Shown piece by piece: positions 13,101-25,083 of a DNA stretch of 64,000 nt (positions are counted from its first letter, which is position 1; every line of letters begins with the position of its first letter). The translations under genes were made by a program, and so were the position numbers. The stretch is from the NCBI GenBank assembly GCA_040954595.2, contig CM082577.2, positions 11,503,654 to 11,567,653 on the forward strand, in the 5' to 3' direction. The notes under the pieces are model-generated. The model had not been told where the DNA came from, searched no databases, and saw only the letters and a program-made list of their open reading frames with translations. The stretch is from Balanoglossus misakiensis (taxonomy: Eukaryota > Animalia > Hemichordata).

Positions 13101-15026
13101 AATGTACTCTTAAAAATCGATAAATATAAAATGAAACGAAATGCACCGTGGGAAAGACCAACATGGCGTCACTAACTATAAATATGATTAGCCAAAGTTA
13201 CAGAACACTACATTGTGGTGTCACAATCATAATGTAAACTTTGCAAAACTTGATTAGAACCTAGAGAATTATGGGCACTGTAAGAACATAATAATGTATA
13301 GTTGCAAACTTACCCTCCTGTTGTAAAATGACGTGAAGTGTTTGACGCAGATTTGTTTACAAATCTCTGGGTCTCCAAATACCAAAACCGGTTCACGACC
13401 TTCATATGTACTTTGAAAACGGACAAACATATCACCATTACTAGAAAAGTTTGGTGTTGCAATATAGCATGAAATCTGATAAAAATACATGATTTGGTGA
13501 ATTTTGTTGTGAATATACAATTAATACATATACGCGATATAGGCCTGATCAAAATAACTGATTTTAATTCAGCTAAATTTGCAGTAGGCCTACGTATACA
13601 AATCTTAAAGTGTAACCCAAGTTTTGGGTTTATTTTTGGCGATTTGTTACAATTATCGCTTAGCAATTTTCACTTACCCGAAAACCTTGCCGTATTTTTT
13701 TAACCACTCGACATCTTTCTTGTAGAAACCCTTATGCACAGAAATGAATTTTGAATTAATCATACATCCAAGTAGTCAGGAAAACGAATGTATCTTATTT
13801 TTAGTTTTGTTATCGGTGTACATCGGTATATGTTATTTTGTATATACATATCTTAGTGTCACTGCTACGGTCTTTCTCTGTCCCGATCTCTTCTACCGCC
13901 CCGCCTCTCCCCCATACACTTACTTGGTTCAGCTGAAACAAATTTCCAAAGAAAGGTCGCGGTGCCGGGCCAGGAATTCCCATGTTTTTGAATATTGAGA
14001 ATGTCCATGTTCCATACCTTTGGGTTGAAAAACATAAGAACATCTTACATCGCAGGTGTTGGGTTGGTTCCCAAATGTCAAAGTAAAGAGAGGATCTTGT
14101 GTTTAGAAGTCGTTCATACAAACTGAGTTGTTCTTATTTCATAAAATCAGCACCCGATAGAAATCCGTGTGATAATACCAATAAAGAGTTCAATGACGTT
14201 ATCTCTGCCATTCAGGCAGGACAAGATCGTACTAGTTCACTTTAAGTTTACACAATCGAATGCCGCTAAGGGTTACCAGTGGTATGTTTCCGAACTACTG
14301 ATAATCATTTGGTTTAAGCTTTGTTGACTGAGAGGGAGTCTCTACTAATAAACCGGTACGCAATGGAATGTAACATACTGACCTAAACCAACGCTTCCAA
14401 AGTTCGTTGCACTTTACAAATTCAAAAGAGGAATAGCCAACTTTTATGGAATACAGGAACTATTTATGTGACAACTGGAATAACCCAAACAAATTTCAGA
14501 TGTGAATATAACCGCCAATTCTATCAAAAACTGCAAACTGTCAGTGCCTGCCTGCTTAACCGCCCCTTCACGAATCACGCACTGTCACGAGAACCCAATC
14601 ACCCGACGTGTGACCTCTGTATTGATATTTTTCACCATTATTTGATATAGCTTCAGGCTCGAGTTTTGATGTCGCCATATTGCGTTAGGGGACTCGCTGA
14701 TGACCTCCTGTGTAGGATTTTATTCGCCAACATATCACACAAGTCCAGTGAACTATGGACATTGCTGTAGAGACAGACTGCGTATTTGCCTTTGCTCTTC
14801 TGTTCGCGTTCTGTACTGCCACCATCTGTTTTTGGAGCGCGCCGCAGTTGATGTTTGTATTTGCATAAACAAAGCGGCCTCAGAACTCTCTGCGCAGGAG
14901 CTTTTCTGCGCCATATTTCAAAGGAATACATAAGTTATTAAATAACAGTACTTACAAATAAAGTAAACCCACCACTGCTGTAAGCAAAATTATCGGTATG
15001 GATACTTCGAAACCAAACAGTTCCAT
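3630..15026 (-). CDS. Cytochrome P450, CYP3 clan (CYP3A-like / thromboxane-synthase-like), 13 coding exons, 523 aa
   Basis: GT-AG exons on the minus strand: 15026-14956, 14017-13924, 13730-13678, 13410-13314, 8906-8790, 8342-8254, 7949-7801, 7553-7420, 7011-6844, 5411-5191, 4685-4548, 4230-4068, 3707-3630. Total 1572 nt, all phases compatible. Motifs: N-terminal anchor MELFGFEVSIPIILLTAVVGLLYL, GIPGPAP hinge, WKRKRNTLTPAFS, I-helix AGYETTS, K-helix ETLR, PERF, heme loop PFGAGPRNCIGMRFA. Confidence 0.95.
5440..6653. mobile_element. Non-autonomous DNA transposon (MITE) with about 260-290 bp TIRs in CYP intron 9
   Basis: 5440-~5703 is the imperfect reverse complement of ~6367-6653. Flanked by TA on both sides (5438-5439, 6654-6655). 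Second copy at 26660-27635. Confidence 0.85.
7121..7321. repeat. (ATGT)n microsatellite in CYP intron 8
   Basis: Directly visible; source of the spurious MYVC/TYIH ORFs. Confidence 0.97.
8377..8772. repeat. (ATGT)n microsatellite filling most of CYP intron 5
   Basis: Directly visible, about 400 bp. Confidence 0.97.
9011..13015. mobile_element. Foldback-type element, 4.0 kb, with about 1.45-kb inverted arms, in CYP intron 4
   Basis: Termini GACCATGAGCCAGTAGGGG...CCCCTACTGGCTCATGGTC flanked by TA (9009-9010, 13016-13017). Arms 9011-10497 and 11595-13015 are nearly identical reverse complements containing about 180-bp tandem subrepeats. No transposase ORF seen. Confidence 0.92.
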
Positions 15027-15890
15027 ACTAAGTTTGCTGATCCTGCCGAATTCAAATTACCACAGCTTCACTCTGATAGACGTCAGATACGCGGTATTTT
15101 ATCAGCGAGTCCCGGGTTGTAGAACCTCAGTTTTGACCCGACTGCACAACAAATGTATGCAACATTGGATGCGCGCGCAACATAATGAGATCATTCTGGT
15201 TTAACATTAAACTAGAGTCCACCTGCAAAATAATATATCGTGCGAATTTAATAAATTTTATGTTAAATATTAAACGTTTTACCTGATGGTCACATTAAAT
15301 GCTAGTTTATTCTCAGAAATTAATGAATTAGTGATACACAAGCTGAGAGAATTATTTTATTTGACAAATACTGATGTGTATAACTAATACGTTCCGTCAA
15401 TTTTTGTTGCGGTATTCCTTAACACAACCGTTGTCAGAAAAAGTTTATCTTTGATATATTAATATATAAGCCACGTCCAGTATAACCAAATCATGTCAGC
15501 ATGAAAAAATCTCTGATTGTGAAATTCAATATCTAATTGTTAAGTTCAATTATGACACACATTTAAAAATGACGCTCAATAATTATCATAGCCAACAGAG
15601 TTGCAATTATTGCAGCGCGCTGTAAACACTTCTTCAAATGTTGCTAATGTTGACGGAATGAATATTGCTACATTTCTATTGCATTTACCAACGTAAGTAA
15701 AAAAAATTGGGGGTCCCGCGAATTTTTGGAAAGATACATTAAGCGATAAAATGACGTACACGTGTTTAGTACATGTAGACCTACATACTTCAGGTTCAAC
15801 AACGCATTTATGATGTCTAAGAATGGATTGGTCTCTGAAAGTATTTAGTAAATGCCCTTTTTAAATGAAAAGATTTCATGAAAACTCAAA

Positions 15891-15902
15891 ATGATGATGA
15901 TG

Positions 15903-15983
<81 letters not shown>
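15891..15983. repeat. (ATG)n microsatellite
   Basis: Directly visible. Confidence 0.97.
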
Positions 15984-15985
<2 letters not shown>

Positions 15986-16158
15986 ATAGAGTAAGGCCAG
16001 ATCAATTGGCCTTTTTAAATATAATGCACTGTATTTTGTTTTGTTGCGTAACACACGGCTACTTATGTACAGCTAAAATAATTGTACCAATTACAATTTA
16101 AAAATCTGCAATGTACAGCAAGCAAAACGGATGATAAAATTTCTAATTCAAAAACATA

Positions 16159-17635
16159 TAATAATAATAATTTATTTTTTATACAGCGATTTCCATCAGT
16201 AAAAACATCAAACCGCTTTACAATAAAAAAACAAAACAAAAACAACTCATAAAATACAATATTAAAACCGTGAAGATACACTGATAAAATGGCCTACTCG
16301 GCATTAAAACTTTATAAAAATGTTATTAGAAATAACAAAACAGTGACTAAGTCATGTACTTCTTAAAAAGGTAAGTTTTGAGAGATGTCTTAAACGCAGC
16401 AACGGTTGGTGACAATCTAATTTCTTTTGGTAAGACATTCCAAAGAGTTGGCGCTGCATTAGAAAATGAACGGTAACCAAAGTGTTTCTGCTCCCAGTTC
16501 ACTGGCTCCAAAGTTGGTGTGAACGCTGAGCGTGTCAACCGTTTAGGTTCATGAACTGTGATCAGATCAGATAGATAGGCAGGAGCTTGGTTGTGCAATA
16601 TTTTATAGACAAAAAGAAGAATTTTGAAATTGATTCTAGCATGGATAGGCAGCCAGTGTAGCTCCCGTTTCACTGGTGTGATATGCTCATGCCTTTTTGT
16701 GCGTGTGACGAGACGTGCAGCGGAATTTTGAAGTAACTGAAGTTTATGAAGGTGCTTATCTTCGATACCAAACAGCAAACTGTTGCAGTAATCTATGCGT
16801 GATGTAACGAAAGCGTGCACAAGTCTTTCAGTGTTTGAGCGATCTAAAACATTTCTAATACGTCCAATTCTATGGAGAGCAAATGACGCAGACTGACATA
16901 ATTTGACAATGTAAGTACTCATATCTGCAAAGCGGTTTAAATAAGCACCAAGATCGCGGACGGATCTAGACGTGGTAACATTAGTATTCCCTACTCTGAG
17001 AAATGGCAGGTCAACAGATTTCTTAAATTTTGAACGAAAATGGATCACTTCTGTCTTGGCATCATTTAAAACCAAACGATTTTCAATCATCCATTGACGA
17101 ATATCATCAATACAATGTTCAACCATAAATGACGAGTCCAAATGGCACGTTCACATATCAAATACAACTGAGTATCGTCAGCAAATAACATAAGATCCAA
17201 AGCATGTCTAATGATTATATCCTCTAATGGTGCTGCATACAGTGTAAAAAGTATTGGGCCCAGTCCACTTCCCTGAGGGACGCCACAATCAAGATTACTT
17301 GGCTCTGATAATACACCATCAATACACACAATCTGTGTTCTATCACATAAGTACGACTCAAACCAAGCAAGTGCCTTGCCCTTAATACCAAACCTATGTT
17401 CTAAACGATACAGCAATACCTTGTGATTAATAGTGTCAAAAGCAGCTGTCAAATCAAGCAGCGTAAGAATAACTTCTTTATGACTATCAAGAGCACGTAA
17501 AATGTCGTTTTGAACTCTCAGTAAGGCACTTTCCGTGCTATGATGATGTCTATAAGCAGACTGATATTTAGAATACAATGAAAACTGACTAAAATACTCA
17601 TCAAGTTGAATTAAAACAACTCTTTCCAGAAATTT
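16159..17635 (-). mobile_element. 5'-truncated L2/CR1-group LINE (ORF2 reverse transcriptase and C-terminus, frameshifted)
   Basis: ORFs 17674-17087 and 17141-16347 carry QSAYR, LLDLTAAFDTI, GVPQGSGLGP, FADDTQLY, SRIDYCNSLL and LHWLP..RINFK. Frameshift near 17145. Short (TTA)n 3' tail at about 16159-16171. Confidence 0.93.
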
Positions 17636-18420
17636 AGGATGACTCGTGTTCGTACACTTCAGTGGATTTATCATTTTTAATGTTAGCAGGACAATTTTGG
17701 GGAAAATTTGAGCGTCAGAGGTGTTTTTTTTGGGGGGGGGGGTGCAACCGTTCGGTTTTCAAATTTTATCGGAGGTAAGATTTAAACCCCGTAACTGAGC
17801 TGACGACAGAAAGTTGATTGGAAAATTACACACAAGGCCTTGTAGCGGTTATGCACCTAGCAGCACCCGCTACAATCATTGCAGCTAGTGTTACAGGTGA
17901 TGGTCATAGAAGTCTACAAATCTTTCAAATGTTTACTGAGTAGTTTGCCCTTTTCAGCTGTCTTTATTGGCACTAGCTCCTTTCGGGTGGCATCAACCTG
18001 CAGTACAAATTGTTGTTTTCAAATACTTGTACGTTTTTTGAGAAACGACCTACTTACCTTTCTTTGACTTCGTGTATATTGTACACGACTATGCACAAGC
18101 GTACATCATTTGCATTTGAATATAGCGACTATTTTAGATATACTTGAGCAAAGACGGTAAACAGCGACAAAGAAATCCTTTTTCCGGGTTCAAAGTATCA
18201 TGCGATTCTATTGTGGTTTATGTACATTTTGAGCTCACACTTGTTTACATTAATTCATGTAGGAATGGGGTCAGTTAAGGTCGCACGACTTCTCCACCTT
18301 TCCCAAGTCTTTGAATATAGTTCATTTCCTGTTGGTGTCGAAGGTGTACTTGCAGTCTGTACATTTAGTTCTCGCATTTCCTATACATACATCACACCTG
18401 TGTAGAAATCCTAAGCTGTC

Positions 18421-18769
18421 ATGGCGAGTAGACCAACACTCCTACTGGTGTTGTGTACCATTATCTACCAACAGCACTTCGAGTCTGTTGTAGGGCAGTC
18501 AACTGTCAGGGGAGAATATCAGTGCCTGAACCGACGCCATGATTGCTACAAGGATGACTCGTGTTCGTACACTTTCACTTTACCTCGGACGGATGGACAG
18601 GAGTGTCCAGCACTTCGAGATGCTATCCTAGATGTACAAGCACTGAAGAGAAAGATTGAGGAGTTAACACTTGGCAGTGACGAGCAGCGGGGTTTGATTG
18701 AAAGGCAACAACGGCTAATGGAGGAACTAAACGAAACGTTGGCAGAGTTGAAGAGTAACCTCACTTCAG
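18421..18769 (+). CDS. Orphan exon 1 (signal peptide, angiopoietin-like motif, coiled coil) of the EPTP family; either a truncated copy or the 5' exon of a chimera
   Basis: 349-bp ATG-to-donor exon nearly identical to 40781-41129 and 48724-49072. Homology to the duplicated units runs about 17887-18942 and stops at a MITE. No EPTP exon follows. Confidence 0.75.
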
Positions 18770-18942
18770 GTATAGCTGAGCTGTAATTTATTAAAACATA
18801 CTTTAAACGATAACTTTCACTATCTTAAGATACTAAACAGCTATGCTGTATGTCTACATATGCCCAAACCAAGGAATGCAGTTTATTCATGGCAGATTAT
18901 TATACTATTTATGTGCATTGGCCATTTCGGGATGACGCGTAA

Positions 18943-20020
18943 GGGACCGTTCAGTTTTTACGGCCGGGGGGGCGGCAAAATCCAGGGGGGGGGGGTCACT
19001 TAAATTTTGAAGTCCACAAAGGGGGGGTGGTCGTCTGGTTTTTTTAAACGTTTAGGAGGGGGGTCACATACTTTTGCCACCAAACTTTTGCTTTTGAGTC
19101 CACAAAATTGCAGTTTCGCACCCTTTATTTTACAAAATTTTCTAATGTGGGAGGGGGAGAATAATTGTTAAATCCATTTAGCATAATTGATAGTTTCGCG
19201 CTGCATCTTCTATATACTAGAAGTTTTATAAATGATGTCATGACAAGATGACGCCAAATCTTCTAACTTTGAGTGGAGTGGCAAAAAGAAAAATTGGTCC
19301 TCCCAAACATTGAGATAATTTGCTTTTGAGTTCATTTTTGCGCTACATATTTTACACAATTTTCTAATGTGGGAGGGGGTGTCCCCCTCCCACATTAGTA
19401 AAATATGTAGCGCAAAAATGAACTCAAAAGCAAATTATCACACCCACCCCCTCCATTCTTCGCCACATTGCATTTATTCACTGGTTTGTCTAGTGTACCA
19501 GGGAAGACTTCTTGCTACCCCACCCCCGATGCTTACTTTGACTGGAGTGGCAAAATTAAAATTAGTCCTCCCTAACATTGAGTTAATTTGCTTTTGAGTT
19601 CATTAAATTGCAACTTTGAGCACCGTATTTTACAAAATGTTCTTATGTGCGAGGGGGACACCCCCTCCCACGCCCACCCCCGCCACTTTTCTTGTTTTAC
19701 CGATTCTAGCAACTATTGTATTGACTTGTCATTTTAATTTGTTCATAGATTTCTTTATTGCAACGATATACTATTATATACTTCAATAATACTTTAAGAA
19801 ATATGTAATTGAGGTGTGAGGAGCCTCATTCCCTTTATTGCATACAGTGTACATAGGATCAGGACGGCGTATGTTTTGGGTGTGGGGGGGGGGGGTCATC
19901 ATATTTTTTGGTCTGTCAAAGGGGGGGGGGGTCATCATTGTTTGGTCCTGGCTGAAGGGGGGGGGGGTCGGCCTGATTTTGAGAACCGATGACACAAACT
20001 TGCCGCCCCCCCCCCCCTGG
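18943..20020. mobile_element. PIF/Harbinger-like MITE with poly-G/C tracts and internal subrepeats
   Basis: Starts GGGACCGTTCAGTTTTTACGGCCGGGG after TAA; the same start follows TTA at 30871. Partial right TIR ttgccgcccccc near 20000. Right end approximate. Confidence 0.7.
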
Positions 20021-20764
20021 CAGCTTTCATTACGATGGGCACATCCGCATTCTAAATAAACTTGTCTACGTTCTCTTTCAAAATATCATGTTAACAATTA
20101 TTTCGCATTGAGAATTTCGAAGAAGTAAAAATGATACATTCAACATGGCAAAACCGCCAGCTTTGAAAACGTTATTTCAGCTTCTAATAACCGAATTTTA
20201 CAACACCCCTCTCCACTAGCGTCCTATGCGATCGTTGTTATTCACGCGACCGAAAGACGGTGCCTTGTTGATTATTTATGACATTTTTTCAGAATTCATG
20301 TTTTAGGGACATTGTTTGTTGATTAAAAATTTCCGAAGTTCACTATATATATCTTGTATTGTCGTTATATTCCCTCTGGCATGTCTCGCCTCAGTTTGCA
20401 GTGAGTGGAAGGCGATGCGATGTTCCGCAGAACAGTACATGACCCCGGCCAAAGACTCGTAAACAAGTAAACAACACTGTCCAATCAAAATTGGGGGTGT
20501 GGTAGACATTAGCCAATGAAAATTTCATGATGTCATCATATCGTAGCCTGTTCACGAAATTACCAAACAACCAAGATCATTCCGCAGTCGCATTTCTTTC
20601 GTTTTTTATTAAGTGGTTCCGATGATTTCTCCTAAAACGGGATTAACATATGTAATAAAAACAGAACCCCATGGCTCGATCGTGCAAGCACGGCGTCCCG
20701 GTAGTATTTGCACTCGTGCTGGCGGTGTATTCTTGCTGCCCCCCGCACTCTGTCATAGAATACA

Positions 20765-22197
20765 ATGGGCAAGTTCTGGAGTACATGGCGTCTGTCTGGT
20801 TATTCACCCACAACTTTGTTATACTCTATTTCTCTGGTCATCACATCAGAAATGTTTGAATGTTCCGTTCATTTCTAGAGAAAATACATGAAATATAGAT
20901 TCTAAAGTCACTCAGTTATACCCTTTACACTATACCTATTCCTATCCCTAACCACTGCAGCCCTAAGTTGTGGATGGAAATACAGTAAATATCTAGGCAA
21001 CAAACCTTATTCCAAAAAGTACAACTATTTACACATTTGGAATGCAAATCTACTGATAATCAGAACAATAGTTTTGTCCTCATTTATCAATACTGAAATC
21101 ATTTCTGTATGTTTTTCATTAGCTGATGATGGAATATTATCTGAAGACAGTGGTGATACATTTGCTGGTCAATCCATTACCGTACCACCATGGGGGATAG
21201 CAGTCATCATAATGATTGCTCTCATCATCATTGCACTATTCCTTTTCTTACTATTGGCATGTCGTAGAAGTGAAATGTAAGTTATTTGTGTCTTCTTATC
21301 AAAGTTTATTGGCTTCATACTTTTATTTAAATGCTCTCTTTGCAGACAATTGTGGCTCTGCAGTAGAGTAATAGTGGTGGAACGCCATTGCAATGAGTCT
21401 GTGCAATATCAAACCTAAATAATGTCTAAGTAAAACCAATAGATAGTATAAATATATTTTGTTTCTTGTCAACAGGGCTAATTATGATGATGAGAGGGCT
21501 GGAGCAGATCGCAGGAAAGGCAAACCAAATCTTCAATTAGATGAAGAAATTCCTGTTATTCCAGGTGATGACATGGATAGGACACCAGCCAGAGAAAATG
21601 AATATGGCTTCAACCCACCAAGTACATGTAGCAGCAGGTATGGAAAGTCATTTTAACAGTCGTCTGGCATGTGAACACATGTTAATGCAGAGCATGGTGC
21701 TGATTTTGTTAGTTTGTGTTTCCTACTGCCTGCAGTGTCCACATAAACATAAATTAAATTCTATTTCTAATCAAAGTTGAGAACTGCACATCAAGAACTT
21801 TATGTAGACCTCATATCCATTTAGTGGGTTTTTCGATGTCTCAAGATCTTTATGCCAACTCTAATTGAATCAAAATGCACTTTGATGACATGATGATTCA
21901 GTGGACTTGGCCATTAGATCATTGCTTCATTTACATAATTAGTGAATTAATGTTTGTAGGCACTATTTAAATAATAACACACGATAGCGAGGGCAATATT
22001 ATGATATTTAGCCTGCACGAGGGTTGGTGCTCTCTGACTATAATATTGATGATGCCCGAGCCGCAGACGAGGGTATTTGACTGTGCATTTGAGATTAATT
22101 ATATGATGTGTTAAATGTCAGTTATCCAAAAGTCTTATGTTTTGTTTGGCATTACAGATCAACAGTTGCAGAAGTCAACAGTTACGAGAATTCATAG
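20765..22197 (+). CDS. Small single-pass membrane protein with Tyr-motif cytoplasmic tail (119 aa if started at 20765)
   Basis: Phase-compatible exons 21123-21276 (TM WGIAVIIMIALIIIALFLFLLLAC then RR), 21476-21637 and 22158-22197 (STVAEVNSYENS-stop). The first exon is tentative: acaATGG followed by a GC donor gcaagt at 20769. Confidence 0.7.
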
Positions 22198-24568
22198 CCA
22201 ACAAGCACCGACGACTTCACCTTGCAGAAGACCCATCTCTGAAAAAATAGTTCTCACTAAGTCAACAATTTTGTGGAATAACGACTTAAAATATCTTTTA
22301 ACAGCATTCTGGGTTTCTTTTTCACTGAAAACTAAACATAAAATGTATTTTGATGATGCAAAAATTAAATTAACTTACCATTGGGGTAAAATGAAACAAT
22401 TCCAAATCAAACGCATAAACCGTTTTTGTTCTCAGAGGTGTGCCTGCCAGAAATTGTCAATATTAACAAATTCATTGTTTGAACAGATTTCACTTTATTG
22501 AAGTGCACCCACAAGCATTCTACTCGAGATATTCCTTGTAAAACATTTATGACATTTCCTAAATACAATGTTTAGTTATTTCCATAATTTTTATTTTCTA
22601 TTTGGTTTTAATTCTGAACAAATTAATGGAGAAGTCTGCACTCTCTTTTCTCTGTATATGATGTTTGTGTCGAGTGTCACTTTCTGCACAAGTCAAGACA
22701 TCAATGACATTCCAAGATGGAGTCTACCAGTAACTATGTTGAGTGTCAAAAATAGCTGCTTTCATTTTCGTTTGGAATAGGAAGTTAATAGTTGATAGAA
22801 CAATGAATGTCAGTTAAAAAAAATAACTTCAACTTTATTATCACTGATATTGATCCCCATGCAGTAGGCATATTGAAGGTATGCAAGCTGATTTTATCAA
22901 ATGTAAAAATGGTTGCAACAGATGAAACGCCAAAGTTGAAAGCAGGCTCACATTTTTGACATTGAACAGTACATCCATTTTGAGTGTGACCATAGCCTTG
23001 TTGTAATGTCTTCTGTGGATGGTGTCCTTTTGGACACTTCATTTCATTTGATCTCCATCAGTTCCCTCTTAAGAGATCCAACCTAATACCATAAAAAACA
23101 ATGGATTTGGATTGAACCATAGTGGTGAAAGGGTTACTGTTCAAATGTCCACCATTTGCATTATGTGCATTTAATTGATACTATTTGCACTCTTTCCAAA
23201 ATGTACACATTTCAAAACTGCTATATAGCGAAGTTTTATTACAAAATATAGCATTTTCGAAACAGTGTTTCCTTTATGTACCCAACTTATCAAAAGCCCC
23301 ACCTTGAGAAACAAACCAATAGATCTAGAAAACTTTGCCCTGTGATTTTTTTTCAATACTTTAACAGTGCCTTGATGTTTTATACATGTACAAGTTTTTT
23401 CAACAGTTTCTCTCCTTGAAATTAACCACTTCAACTTGTGAATATTCCTTCATATCTTATATCAGTGCCAAGACATGCAAATTTGCATAATACTTTCATC
23501 AAGTAAAACGCTTGTACATGTAATATAAATGTAATCTGACAAATTACAATGTCTACTTTCAAATCTGTCTGTACAGCATCCCAACTTATCTCAGACCAAA
23601 TCTTCAGTTCTTTGCAGAAACACCGGTACAATCTCTGCTTTTTTAGCAATAATGTAAAATCAAGAACTCATAAAACACATTCATCTAAGTTTTGGTATTA
23701 CTTTATATCATGCTGAGTATCATATGGAAAATCATTATAAATGCATGTTTTCAATTTGTACTGGGGATACATTTTATATCTGCAAAATTGTGAAAACTGC
23801 TGGTTGCAGAATGTTTTTCGTTAAATGTAGGATTCGCATTGATAAATACAATAAGTGTATATAATATTTTTCTAGTTTTTGAAGCCAGACCCATACTGTA
23901 ATAATAATTTGTATGTTGATTTTCCATTCATGACTGGTATTTTGTTGCCAAGGTCATTTGACTAGAGAAGGCTCCCTATCCAGAGCATGTTATGCAGATA
24001 CCAAGTGCAAAATGACTTGCATGGTTGTTAAAAGTTAAATATATATATTCACTGTTTGTTTAAAGTTCTGTTGTAAGTGGTAGCGCATCTCTCGTTTATG
24101 ATTGATTATCCAAAGTAAGAGTGTTCCTCAAAAACCATTACTTTCAGTGAATCATTTACAAGTATGGTGTGTGCATTTATAAGAATAGGGAGTCTTTCTA
24201 CAAATTTGTGACATGCTGGGTGTTCATCTATTTTTCTCAAATCTGTATCATGCCTATTTTAATAAACACATGCTAATTGACATAAACAGGAGGGAAAATT
24301 TGTCATATTATCAATTTTCACTTGATTTGTAGTGTACTTATGCAACTTGTTTGAAATGATTTGTATATTTTCTGTAAGTCACATGTAAGGAAATTTGATG
24401 CCACTTTGGGTTTCTCATCTGCCGTATTGACCAAAGTGTATTGATGATATAGACTTCCTAATACTCTATATTGGTTGGAGCTGTATTTATACGACATATT
24501 CTATAAAAAAAATTAAACACTATTGCTCAGCGGTGTTCAGATAGACTCATTTCACTCTTAATAATTAA

Positions 24569-25083
24569 AAGCCCCATGAGCCTGCAACTCAAAAAGAAAT
24601 TTGAGCTTTAAATAATCTTGGATTTGCTTTTAGTTCTGTCTATTAAATGGTGTTGCCTGATAGTATATCGAGAAATTAAACATTCAGTTACGACAAAATG
24701 GCCAAAAAATAAAAAGAAATATCAGTACCGTTAAAAATTCCCAGAATTTAAAAAAAAGTGAAATATTGCAATGAAAAATAAAAATCTAATGTCTTGGTGA
24801 GGTACATTTACTTCCATGTGTTCTACTGGATGAGATCATGCTTTGTTTATAAAGTTTTAAAGTGAGAAACGCAATGTTTTCATTGTATTTTACTACGGTG
24901 ACGGCCATTTTTCTTTGCGGCAAAGCTTTATTATTTATCTAGTTAAAATTTGCATGCACTCATACTCAGGGTTTATAATACATGTACATGTATACTTTAG
25001 TGCATACATCTGTATGGGCTAATGTTAGTACAGTTTGAAAATAAATTTCATCATAATTTCCTAAAAGTTACAGCTCATAGGCT
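24569..25083. mobile_element. TTAA-flanked MITE, diverged relative of 43328-43820
   Basis: TTAA at 24565-24568 and 25084-25087. Imperfect TIR (agccccatgagcctgcaact / agttacagctcataggct). Interior is homologous to 43328-43820. Confidence 0.75.

Noticed and set aside
20671-20859. Signal-peptide-like ORF MARSCKHGVPVVFALVLAVYSC as first exon of the TM gene
   Set aside because: With the donor at 20769 it is phase 2 and hits a stop on joining 21123. Kept only as a possible upstream ORF.
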